Program-made: the position numbers and the translations under genes
Source: an uncultured Candidatus Saccharibacteria bacterium
GTDB taxonomy: Bacteria > Patescibacteriota > Saccharimonadia > Saccharimonadales > AWTP1-31
NCBI GenBank assembly: GCA_964634445.1
Contig: CAZWJA010000003.1
Location: 24,019 to 88,018 of the forward strand
DNA length: 64,000 nucleotides
Direction: 5' to 3'
In this document: piece after piece, positions 52,394-60,306 of the stretch
Layout: the number at the start of each line of letters is the position of its first letter
Position numbering within the stretch: the stretch's first letter is position 1
Notes under the pieces: model-generated
What the model saw: only the letters and a program-made list of their open reading frames with translations
What the model was told of the DNA's origin: nothing
Database searches by the model: none

Positions 52394-53227
52394 ATGTTAA
52401 ATAACTATAAAGGGGTCGAGGACTCGGAAGCCTACTCAAAAGTCGTGAATCAGCTTCGCGACTTTTGTCTAAAGAAGGGTCTGACAGAAGTCCATACTCA
52501 GGATCGCTTGAGCATCCTGGCCGCCTGTGAGGATCCAAATACGGTCGCGCCGTATGAATATATGGGGGAAATATGGCCACTACCACAAACCGGACAAATG
52601 TGGCTCGAATATGAGCTGCTAACAAAACCGAAACTTCCCGGAGTATTCTGCGTCAGTACAAGTTACCGCAACGAACAGAATCCAGTTGCCGGACGGCACA
52701 AACTAATCTTCCCGATGTTCGAATTCGAAATTAAAGGCGGAATTGAAAAACTAATGACATTCGAAATTGAGATGCTCGAACATCTAGGCTATGCCAGCAA
52801 AGATTTCATATATAAGACATACGACGAACTGAAAGATTTCTATAAAACCGAGGAACTAACTCACAGACATGAGAATAAAATGTTTAAAGATTTTGGCGAA
52901 GTAGTCTTCTGCCGGGATTTCCCAGTCTATACGTCTCCCTTCTGGAACATGAAGAAGAAGGGCGGCGACCATGCCCACAAGATCGACGTCATTATCAGGG
53001 GTAATGAAACGATCGGCAGTGCCGAGCGCAGTAGCGACGTGAGCGAAATGAGAAACGAGTTCTACTCAATATCCGATGGCAAATATGCTGACAAGCTTTT
53101 CAACCTGTTCGGTAAGGACAGAGTCGAAAAGGAATTAAACGAGTTTTTGGAGCTTAGCTTCTTCCCCAGATCCGGAGGCGGTATAGGGCTAACGCGGCTG
53201 ATCCATGCAATAAAAGGAAAGGGGTAA
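52394..53227 (+). CDS. AsnRS/AspRS-catalytic-core paralog lacking an anticodon-binding domain (archaeal-type asparagine synthetase A-like)
   Basis: Class II aaRS motif 2 (FCVSTSYRNEQNPVAGRHKLIFPMFEFE) and motif 3 (SGGGIGLTRLIHAI). At only 277 aa it has no N-terminal OB domain. A strong SD (AAGGAGG) lies upstream. Confidence 0.7.
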   Translation: MLNNYKGVEDSEAYSKVVNQLRDFCLKKGLTEVHTQDRLSILAACEDPNTVAPYEYMGEIWPLPQTGQMWLEYELLTKPKLPGVFCVSTSYRNEQNPVAGRHKLIFPMFEFEIKGGIEKLMTFEIEMLEHLGYASKDFIYKTYDELKDFYKTEELTHRHENKMFKDFGEVVFCRDFPVYTSPFWNMKKKGGDHAHKIDVIIRGNETIGSAERSSDVSEMRNEFYSISDGKYADKLFNLFGKDRVEKELNEFLELSFFPRSGGGIGLTRLIHAIKGKG

Positions 53228-53269
53228 TCATGAACAACATTAATAACAACAACTAATAAATAGTCAAAG

Positions 53270-53310
53270 GACTTCTATGGCGCCGTAGGAGTCTTTTTAC
53301 TTTTTTTTAT
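53270..53310 (+). terminator. Rho-independent terminator (between the convergent asnA-like gene and folP)
   Basis: GACTTCTA ... TAGGAGTC stem with one G.U pair around a GC-rich loop, followed by TTTTTACTTTTTTTTATTTT. Confidence 0.65.
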
Positions 53311-53311
53311 T

Positions 53312-54067
53312 TTATATACTTGTTCTAGCTATTAATTCCCTGTGCCCAGCGACATCATGAACTCGCAGATATTTTGCACCATGGGCTGCGGCAATTCTGC
53401 CAGCTGCCAGATTTGGTTCCAGGTCCATTCTTTTTTCACCTAGGAATCGCTTCCTTGAGTATCCGATCATTACTTTATAATCTGGTACGAAGTCGGCAAA
53501 TTTCAGAAGTTCCCGATTTAAGTCCATTGTTTTGCCGAAGCCGATACCGGGATCCAGAATTATGTTTTCTTTCTTATGACCTTTGCTTATTAGCAATTCT
53601 GCTTTACTTAACAGCTCTTTTTTTACGACCTGCATATCGCTGACGTTACCTTCCCGATGAGCTTTCTGGATATCTACTCCTGGCAGATGGCTAATTATTA
53701 CTTTGGCATCTAGTTTTACAATGACTTTAACCATCTCCGGATTATTCAGCCCGGTAACGTCATTTACTATTACTGGTCCGATTTTAAAAGCTTTAATAAT
53801 CGTTTCCGGATGATATGAGTCTAGTGAAATACGACCTGGGAATTCAGGGTTTAGAATTTCTAAAACCGGCTCCAATCGCTGCCATTCCTGCTCGCTAGTT
53901 AGTGAGTCTGCATTTGGCCGGGTTGACTCTGCCCCTATATCAATAATCGAGGCGCCATCCTGAATCATTTGCCGTGCTCGTTTTACAGCCGTATCAGGAT
54001 CCAAATATAATCCGCCGTCGCTAAAACTGTCAGGTGTAATATTTAATATTCCTACCAATTCAATCAT
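53312..54067 (-). CDS. folP: Dihydropteroate synthase
   Basis: GILNITPDSFSDGG, IIDIGAESTRP, the NDV motif, DPGIGFGK and RVHDV. Confidence 0.9.
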   Translation of the reverse strand: MIELVGILNITPDSFSDGGLYLDPDTAVKRARQMIQDGASIIDIGAESTRPNADSLTSEQEWQRLEPVLEILNPEFPGRISLDSYHPETIIKAFKIGPVIVNDVTGLNNPEMVKVIVKLDAKVIISHLPGVDIQKAHREGNVSDMQVVKKELLSKAELLISKGHKKENIILDPGIGFGKTMDLNRELLKFADFVPDYKVMIGYSRKRFLGEKRMDLEPNLAAGRIAAAHGAKYLRVHDVAGHRELIARTSI

Positions 54068-54135
54068 GGGAGTAATAATATCAGACTAATTAAATTACTA
54101 CCCTAGAAAACTTCAATCGTCTATACTTCTTATGT

Positions 54136-54774
54136 ATGAACAACGACCCAGAGCCGGTTAACAAAATAAATACAGTTAATCTTGAAGACACAACTCACAG
54201 TAACGATACCCATCCTACCAGGCCATTCGTCAGTAATATCAGCCGAGGTCCTTTTTTTACACGTAAAAGAATTAGGATTGGCCTAGCAGTAATTGCGCTT
54301 ATTCTGCTTATTCCGGTAATAACTGTGCTGGCTAAAAGTATTACTAATCGATCCAATACTGTAAAGACAGTCCAGCCGGATCCAGTTTCTACTCAGCCTC
54401 AACAGACCGTTGCCCCTACCCCAGCTGCTAATACTAAAAATTCAGCAGCCCCCTCAACACAGACTCCTTCTACTTCTGCACCCACTTCAAACAAAGTATT
54501 CTGTGGCGTTCCAAATATGCCAGAAGGTGTTTGTACAGCTATAACTAGTATTGAAACCGCGGGCATTAAGAACAACCCATATGTTACTGCAGATACTAGC
54601 GCCCTACCAGACAATACAACTGTAGTTACAATTAGGAACAGCTGGAATATGCCAGATGCAAATTCAGGTAATCTGAATTTCACAGCTAAAGTATCCGGAA
54701 TAGAATATAAAGGAACAGGCCAACTAGCGGTAGTCCAAGGACAATGGAAAGTGACAAGCTACAAGTTGCAGTAA
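54136..54774 (+). CDS. Membrane-anchored extracytoplasmic protein with P/T/S/Q-rich linker
   Basis: Transmembrane helix (IGLAVIALILLIPVITVLA), a low-complexity linker and a small C-terminal globular part. No recognisable domain. Confidence 0.5.
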   Translation: MNNDPEPVNKINTVNLEDTTHSNDTHPTRPFVSNISRGPFFTRKRIRIGLAVIALILLIPVITVLAKSITNRSNTVKTVQPDPVSTQPQQTVAPTPAANTKNSAAPSTQTPSTSAPTSNKVFCGVPNMPEGVCTAITSIETAGIKNNPYVTADTSALPDNTTVVTIRNSWNMPDANSGNLNFTAKVSGIEYKGTGQLAVVQGQWKVTSYKLQ

Positions 54775-54778
54775 GCAA

Positions 54779-56152
54779 ATGTTAAGAAAAATAAAACAAT
54801 CTAAAAAGCACCCGTTCTTAATCGCTACAATACTTTGGTACTTCTTATTTTGGTTCTGGGCATTTCAAACCGACATACTAGATTTGGCTGGTTCTAGAAT
54901 AGTCGGCTGGGCGCTAGCGATTTTTATAGTTTCCGCCAACGTCGCATTATCTGTTTTTATTATGAAAAAGTCGGTCAGTAGAATTAATCGGGTTTATAAA
55001 AAACTGCCTAAATATTATTCAGTTCCAATTATTATTATTTTATTTTCTGCAGTTGATTTTTTTATTGCCTGGCTGCCGGCAGCAATCTGGTTAGGCCCCC
55101 AGGGCAGAATAGATAGTATTCTACCACTTAGCTCTCCAGCACTTTTACTAATTAATACGCCATTGGTTTTTGCCAGCCGGCTTATCGGGTATTTCGGTTT
55201 GGCTGGATTATTTTGGTCATTTGTTTACCTTTTTATCTATAAAAAGCAGAAGCTTATAGGTTTAATACCGGTTTTCGTACTTTGCTTGCTGTCGCTGAGC
55301 GGTTGGCTGTTATACAGAACTCCTAATGGCAGCAGCTTTAAAACCAGGATTATCAGTGAAACTTTGGTCGACCGGATTCCGCCGATAAATGCAAAAGATG
55401 AAAAGCTAGTCATTTTTCCAGAGTATGGTCTTGAGCAGATAGACAACAAAAATTTGAAAGACCGTATCACATCGTCGCCTGAAACAAAAACATATTTCTT
55501 AGGATCCGAGCAAGTATATAGCCAAGCATATGTCGGGCATATTAACCGGATGGTGTTTGGAAATACTACCGAAGGGATCAATCAGCACCAAGACAAATAT
55601 CGTTTAATACCAGCCGGTGAGGATATGCCGTTTATTCTAAGAACTTTGCTTCGAGCTACCAATCAAGTTGATACGCTAAACTATTTCAGCTCTGCCAAAG
55701 GCGTAATTAAAAGTAACCAGCAACTTGTACCGTTTGTTATCGACAAAGACACCCGAGTAGCGGCGGCGGTCTGTTCAAGTATTATTTCGCCGTCGGATTA
55801 CCGACAGTTTACCGCAAGCGGCGCTACAGTACTTACCAACTCTGCTTCGCTAACTACATTTAAAGGTTCCAGGCTATTTGCTTGGAAACAAAAATCTTTA
55901 GGTCGGTTTATGGCCGTAGCAAACAGCAGATATTTCTTGCAGTCTGCCAACAGTGCGAGTGCCTATGCGTTTGACAATAACGGTAAGAAACTTGTGCAGG
56001 TATATGGCAAAAATTCTGCTGAAGTTAATGTAATTAATAACACTAGAAAAATAGTCTACTCTTATATTGGTGAATGGATGGTATATATCGGTTTTACTTT
56101 TACGGCAGTTTACCTAGGCTTTTACCTGAAGAATAAATACTTAAAATCTTAG
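54779..56152 (+). CDS. Apolipoprotein N-acyltransferase-like (Lnt; CN-hydrolase with polytopic N-terminus)
   Basis: Six or more N-terminal transmembrane helices and a candidate E-K-C triad: LVIFPEYGL, QDKYRLIPAGEDMPF, AAAVCSSII. There is also a final transmembrane helix. Confidence 0.55.
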   Translation: MLRKIKQSKKHPFLIATILWYFLFWFWAFQTDILDLAGSRIVGWALAIFIVSANVALSVFIMKKSVSRINRVYKKLPKYYSVPIIIILFSAVDFFIAWLPAAIWLGPQGRIDSILPLSSPALLLINTPLVFASRLIGYFGLAGLFWSFVYLFIYKKQKLIGLIPVFVLCLLSLSGWLLYRTPNGSSFKTRIISETLVDRIPPINAKDEKLVIFPEYGLEQIDNKNLKDRITSSPETKTYFLGSEQVYSQAYVGHINRMVFGNTTEGINQHQDKYRLIPAGEDMPFILRTLLRATNQVDTLNYFSSAKGVIKSNQQLVPFVIDKDTRVAAAVCSSIISPSDYRQFTASGATVLTNSASLTTFKGSRLFAWKQKSLGRFMAVANSRYFLQSANSASAYAFDNNGKKLVQVYGKNSAEVNVINNTRKIVYSYIGEWMVYIGFTFTAVYLGFYLKNKYLKS

Positions 56153-56499
56153 TTGATTTCGGCATTGGCAAGATCAGACAAATTGCTTTGGTCTGCTAAT
56201 ATTTCATGGAAATCAATTGCATAATCCGTTAACGGTTCAGTGGTCTTTTTTACCGGATCGTATATTTCTTCGTATGGATAAGGAATCTCTGGCTCAACTT
56301 TAACATTACTACCAATAAGCTGAGCCTCTTTTTTCGGAGCGCAAAATTCTACTTGAATTAAGTTACAAAATTTACAAGTATAGCGGTAGAATTTTTTCCA
56401 ATCATAAGGTTGGACTTCCTGATTAAATATCTTTACGTCGATACTTACAAGCTTGTTGAACTTACCGCAGCTATCACAAGTTTTGGTAATTCTTTCCAT
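56149..56499 (-). CDS. Zinc-ribbon hypothetical protein
   Basis: A CDSCGK ... CKFCN Cys4 pattern. No other recognisable motif. Confidence 0.4.
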   Translation of the reverse strand: MERITKTCDSCGKFNKLVSIDVKIFNQEVQPYDWKKFYRYTCKFCNLIQVEFCAPKKEAQLIGSNVKVEPEIPYPYEEIYDPVKKTTEPLTDYAIDFHEILADQSNLSDLANAEIN

Positions 56500-56586
56500 A
56501 GTTAGACTGTACTACTAAAGCTTAACAATTAAAAATGTGAAATCTACATATTGCTAACTAGTTAATGTATATGGTTTATATTACTA

Positions 56587-57360
56587 TTACGGCGCAAGTT
56601 TTTTAGCCAGCTCGATAGTAATGCCGACTGTCACAGCGCCTAAAATTAGTAGCAGCGCCTGCAGATCAAACGGCTTATGGCCATGGCTGCCGGTGCGCCG
56701 GTGCTGATGAATTGTAGGGATTATATCGCTGGTAGCAATATACAAAAGAAAGCCGGCGCTTATGCCTATTATTACTCCTAGGGGTATTTTTTCCTTACTG
56801 CCAACTGCAAATGTAATAACTGCCATCAAAGTCGTCGCGAGAGCGCTAGTTAGATTAACTAACAATACTTTACGCCGCTTCATGCCTCGGCTTAGCAGCA
56901 AACCGAAATCTCCGATTTCCTGGGGTATTTCATGGGCGGCAACAGCCAAAGTAGTTACGATACCAGTCGGCACGCTGATCAGGAATGCCGTCGCTATGGC
57001 AGCCCCGTCTAAGGCATTATGAATTGTATCTCCGATTATTATTAGCGGAATAGAACTGTCCGACTTTTCATCCTTATCGTTATGATGGTGATGAAACCAG
57101 CTTAAGAAGCCTTCGGCTAAAAAGAAAATTAAAATACCAACCAAAGTAGAGATAAGTACAGTATCAGTCGTAGATTCTTCCAACCCGTCCTTTAAAAGAT
57201 CTAGGAAAACAGCTGCCAGTAGGGCACCGCCGGCAAATGGCGTTGCATACCTGCCTAGAGTCCCAGCCAGTTTCTTGTTGCTTAATAACAGGAAGCCACC
57301 GATGAGCGAAAATACTCCACCGATTAGTGAGAAAAAGATTACATGACCGTAATTAGCCAT
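56587..57360 (-). CDS. ZIP-family metal (zinc) transporter
   Basis: HNALDGAAIA and HEIPQEIGDFGLLL signatures with a His-rich loop (HHHHNDKDE). Confidence 0.85.
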   Translation of the reverse strand: MANYGHVIFFSLIGGVFSLIGGFLLLSNKKLAGTLGRYATPFAGGALLAAVFLDLLKDGLEESTTDTVLISTLVGILIFFLAEGFLSWFHHHHNDKDEKSDSSIPLIIIGDTIHNALDGAAIATAFLISVPTGIVTTLAVAAHEIPQEIGDFGLLLSRGMKRRKVLLVNLTSALATTLMAVITFAVGSKEKIPLGVIIGISAGFLLYIATSDIIPTIHQHRRTGSHGHKPFDLQALLLILGAVTVGITIELAKKLAP

Positions 57361-57403
57361 TTGAATTTCCTAGCATAAATGTACTATAACTGGACAGTAG
57401 TAT

Positions 57404-57442
57404 TATTGCAATTTTGTCGCATTTTGTTATAATATTGCAACA
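57404..57442. promoter_or_regulatory. Candidate Zur/Fur operator region (two TATTGCAA motifs; imperfect palindrome over a TATAAT)
   Basis: TATTGCAA occurs at 57404-11 and 57433-40. TGTTATAATATTGCAACA (57425-42) is 14/18 self-complementary and contains TATAAT. It lies between the divergent ZIP and Fur-family genes. Confidence 0.3.
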
Positions 57443-57864
57443 TGTCTAACAACTTATTTCACTTGCACAATCATCTTAAAGAAGCCGGACTTAGCGACAC
57501 AAAACCAAGGCGGATTATTTTTAATATCCTAGAAGCAAATAAGCCGTTGACTATGAAGCAGCTGACCGAAAAAGTAACCGGTGAAATAGATCGGGCATCG
57601 GTATACAGAATAATTACGTTATTTGAAAAACTTGACATAGTGCGTCGGATAAATATTGGCTGGAAATACAAACTAGAGCTGTCCGACCAGTTTATGCCCC
57701 ATCACCACCATTTAAGCTGTTTGAAATGCGGTCGTATTACAGATATTAAAGACGAGGAACAGATTGATGAATTTATCAGTCTAATTACAGATAAAACCGG
57801 CTTCAAGCCCAGCCGCCACCAGTTTGAAATCGAGGGCTATTGCCACAACTGTCAAAAAGTTTAA
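57442..57864 (+). CDS. Fur-family transcriptional regulator (Zur-like)
   Basis: Winged-helix N-terminus (PRRIIFNILE...ASVYRIITLFE), HHHHLSCLKCGRI and a CHNC structural zinc site. Confidence 0.88.
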   Translation: MSNNLFHLHNHLKEAGLSDTKPRRIIFNILEANKPLTMKQLTEKVTGEIDRASVYRIITLFEKLDIVRRINIGWKYKLELSDQFMPHHHHLSCLKCGRITDIKDEEQIDEFISLITDKTGFKPSRHQFEIEGYCHNCQKV

Positions 57865-57890
57865 ATTAACTTAACTAATTATTTTAGAAA

Positions 57891-58346
57891 TTACCAGGGC
57901 AGACTCATATAGAAAGTAATGAACATTAGTCCAATAAAAAGCCATAGGGCGATAATGCCTAAGCCAACCGGAATATCGCTTGGCCTAGGTAGAAGTAGCA
58001 GAGCCGCATCGTTAAAAGAATAAACTGTTTTCTGAAGCGACAATGCAATCGGGTGAATAAGAATTACACATAGAGCGATACCCCCGCTAAAATGGTGAGC
58101 AATATACATTTTGTTTAACCCGCCGAAAATATTCTCAACTAACTTCAATCTCTTAGTCAGCATTATATTAATGCAGAATAGCACTAAGGCAATTATGCCT
58201 GACAGCTTACCAATAATTCCAAGCGCGACATATGACGATGCAAACCGGTCGCTAATCGGGCCGATACTCGACCAAAGTAGAATTGGAAATACAGTCAGTA
58301 GTATTACTATTGGCCAGCCCAAATGGGCAATTAATCTAGATTTCAT
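57891..58346 (-). CDS. Ferric-reductase-like transmembrane domain protein (short)
   Basis: Four helices with ...KRLKLVENIFGGLNKMYIAHHFSGGIALCVILIHP, the R..fGGld..y..H....H pattern of FRD/MsrQ-type heme-binding membrane domains. Confidence 0.45.
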   Translation of the reverse strand: MKSRLIAHLGWPIVILLTVFPILLWSSIGPISDRFASSYVALGIIGKLSGIIALVLFCINIMLTKRLKLVENIFGGLNKMYIAHHFSGGIALCVILIHPIALSLQKTVYSFNDAALLLLPRPSDIPVGLGIIALWLFIGLMFITFYMSLPW

Positions 58347-58470
58347 AAGTTAATAAACAGCAAATAGGCAATACATTATACCCTTAAACTATTTATGCTT
58401 ATATTATATCAATAATTGCTAACTTGTTACAGATTAGTTAAACGTATATTAATTAGTTTTTTACTAATTA

Positions 58471-58722
58471 CTAGCTGCCAGCTTCGGTTTCCATTTTCTT
58501 AAGTCTTGTGTAGTAGTCGCCGATTTCTTTTAAGTGTGCCCAGGCGATCTTGCCTGTTAGGTAAACGTCGCCGTTGGTAACATTAGTTTCCGGATCGTTA
58601 GAACCGTGTTCTAGCTCGATAGCCAATCCCATTCGGAACTGTTCTAGATCAAACTTTGTAAAATCTATACCTATCTTTTCACCTATTTCTCGTGCTTCTT
58701 CTGTAGTAAATTCTTTTATCAT
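58471..58722 (-). CDS. DUF5661-like small protein
   Basis: GLAIELEHGSNDPETNVT...AWAHLKEIGDYYTRLKKME matches my recollection of that family's ELEH...DHL...YY..L pattern. Confidence 0.45.
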   Translation of the reverse strand: MIKEFTTEEAREIGEKIGIDFTKFDLEQFRMGLAIELEHGSNDPETNVTNGDVYLTGKIAWAHLKEIGDYYTRLKKMETEAGS

Positions 58723-58749
58723 ACTTACATCATACCAGTTTCCTAATTT

Positions 58750-59334
58750 TTATTTTTGAACCAATCCCATTTCCTTATTCACAAAAGCTTCTGGTAAAAA
58801 TGTTAAGATTGAGTAACTTAAAATTATCTGTTCTGTCGGATTAGTATAAAAGAACATGGATACAACAACACATAGTATAGAAATAACAAATGTCATCTTA
58901 AAACCAAAACTTGAAATATGTCGACTTGAATATTTTTCTTTCATTAAACTAATTAATGCTTTGTCTAATAAATCGTTTAAAGGTTGATTTGATTGTATTT
59001 TTTTCTCAATTTCTAAATAAATAGGTATTAATAGAAAAGATACAAACGATCGCACACCTACAAAGATTGCCAGTATTAAACTAAGCTTTGAATACGATAA
59101 TAAACTCGTACCCATAGAATCATCGATGAATTTTTGAAAAACTATAACTGCAGCAAAGCCACTGATGAAAACGACAATGCAACGGTCAATTATTTTTTGC
59201 CTTAAAGATACTTTCTTATCATGTTTTTTATAGATTACGACGAGATGGTAAACCAGAAAAGCCATTAATGGGAAAAAAGAGATTACGCCCAGCAACAATA
59301 TAGCCGGATCTAAGTTGCGCATTAACGCAGTCAA
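58750..59334 (-). CDS. Polytopic membrane protein (AT-rich gene)
   Basis: Five hydrophobic helices. No recognisable domain. By eye it is noticeably more AT-rich than its neighbours. Confidence 0.45.
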   Translation of the reverse strand: MTALMRNLDPAILLLGVISFFPLMAFLVYHLVVIYKKHDKKVSLRQKIIDRCIVVFISGFAAVIVFQKFIDDSMGTSLLSYSKLSLILAIFVGVRSFVSFLLIPIYLEIEKKIQSNQPLNDLLDKALISLMKEKYSSRHISSFGFKMTFVISILCVVVSMFFYTNPTEQIILSYSILTFLPEAFVNKEMGLVQK

Positions 59335-59478
59335 AGTGCAGGTTATGCCAATGATTATACAGCCGACAGTTTAATATTCTCCAATTTTTGGTAAAAATAG
59401 TAAGCTAAAAAGCTTCTTCATGTTATTACTATAACAAATACTAAACTCCCCAAATTGAGGAGTTTAGACATGATCAAG

Positions 59479-59490
59479 ATTGGAGGGCCA
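59479..59490. repeat. 12-bp direct repeat ATTGGAGGGCCA, identical to the 3' end of tRNA-Lys(CUU) plus 2 flanking nt (second copy 60151-60162)
   Basis: Read directly from the sequence. 10 of the 12 nt are the tRNA CCA, discriminator and the first 6 acceptor bases (minus-strand gene). Confidence 0.7.
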
Positions 59491-59553
59491 CCGTACTTCT
59501 TGTTGCAACTATTTTCCAAGAAAGCAGTAGGAATTTGCTGTATAATAAATAAT

Positions 59554-60114
59554 ATGTCATTGTACTTCATAACAGGTTCGGCCGGTGCAGGTAAAACAAC
59601 CATCCAAAAGGAGTTATCCTCAAGAGGCTATGCAGCCTACGATACAGACGATCCAGAAAAGACCGGGCTTAGCGCCTTGCATGAGAGATCTAGCGGTAAG
59701 GCAATTGCTCAGTACAATGAGTTTAATTGGGGACAAGATGGGATTAGTTTCGATACACATATCTGGGGCCTAACAGTTGAAGGACTGTCACGAGTAGTTG
59801 ACGAATCAGAAAAAAGGCACGTGTTTCTCGTGGGTAGACTACGTGAACCTATGAGTGATCTAGATGACGCTTTGAGTTTGAGGTTCTTTCTTACGCTACC
59901 CGAAGCTGTAATTGCTGAGAGACTACGAAGAAGAGCCGAGTTAGCAGAAAATGGTCAAGATGTTGTGCTTTGGGGTATGGATCAATCACAAATTGATTTT
60001 ACCGTTGAGCAGAATCCAAAACTCACTAATCAATATAGGCTGCTTGGAGCTGTAATGATTGATGCAAGGCCTGAGCCTTCTATTGTGGCTGATGAAATAG
60101 AGAAACATTTATAA
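59554..60114 (+). CDS. P-loop kinase/NTPase (AAA_33 / nucleoside-kinase-like)
   Basis: MSLYFITGSAGAGKTT is a Walker A right at the N-terminus, with Walker-B-like HVFLVG. The start is moved to 59554; the track's 33-codon extension covers the repeat and lacks coding character. Confidence 0.6.
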   Translation: MSLYFITGSAGAGKTTIQKELSSRGYAAYDTDDPEKTGLSALHERSSGKAIAQYNEFNWGQDGISFDTHIWGLTVEGLSRVVDESEKRHVFLVGRLREPMSDLDDALSLRFFLTLPEAVIAERLRRRAELAENGQDVVLWGMDQSQIDFTVEQNPKLTNQYRLLGAVMIDARPEPSIVADEIEKHL

Positions 60115-60115
60115 G

Positions 60116-60138
60116 AAACAGAGGTAAAACCTCTGTTT
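60116..60138. terminator. Bidirectional hairpin between the kinase gene and tRNA-Lys(CUU)
   Basis: AAACAGAGG-taaaa-CCTCTGTTT is a perfect 9-bp stem with A/T runs on either side. Confidence 0.55.
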
Positions 60139-60152
60139 AGGCATAACCGAAT

Positions 60153-60229
60153 TGGAGGGCCAGGAGGGACTCGAACCCTCGACACCCTGCTTAAGAGGCA
60201 GGTGCTCTAACCAGCTGAGCTACTGGCCC
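60153..60229 (-). tRNA. tRNA-Lys (anticodon CUU), CCA encoded
   Basis: Cloverleaf: GGGCCAG/CTGGCCC, GCTC-AGCTGGTTA-GAGC, CCTGC-CTCTTAA-GCAGG, GTGTC, GAGGG-TTCGAGT-CCCTC, discriminator T, CCA. Confidence 0.92.
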
Positions 60230-60306
60230 ATGATTATATAAGTTATATAACTGACGAATATTAACATATTACCCCTGTTATATCAATGCTTATATTTACC
60301 AGATTA

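Noticed and set aside
52359-52625. 88-aa minus-strand ORF overlapping the asnA-like start.
   Set aside because: It is antisense to a gene with clear class II aaRS motifs and a strong SD, and it has no recognisable features.
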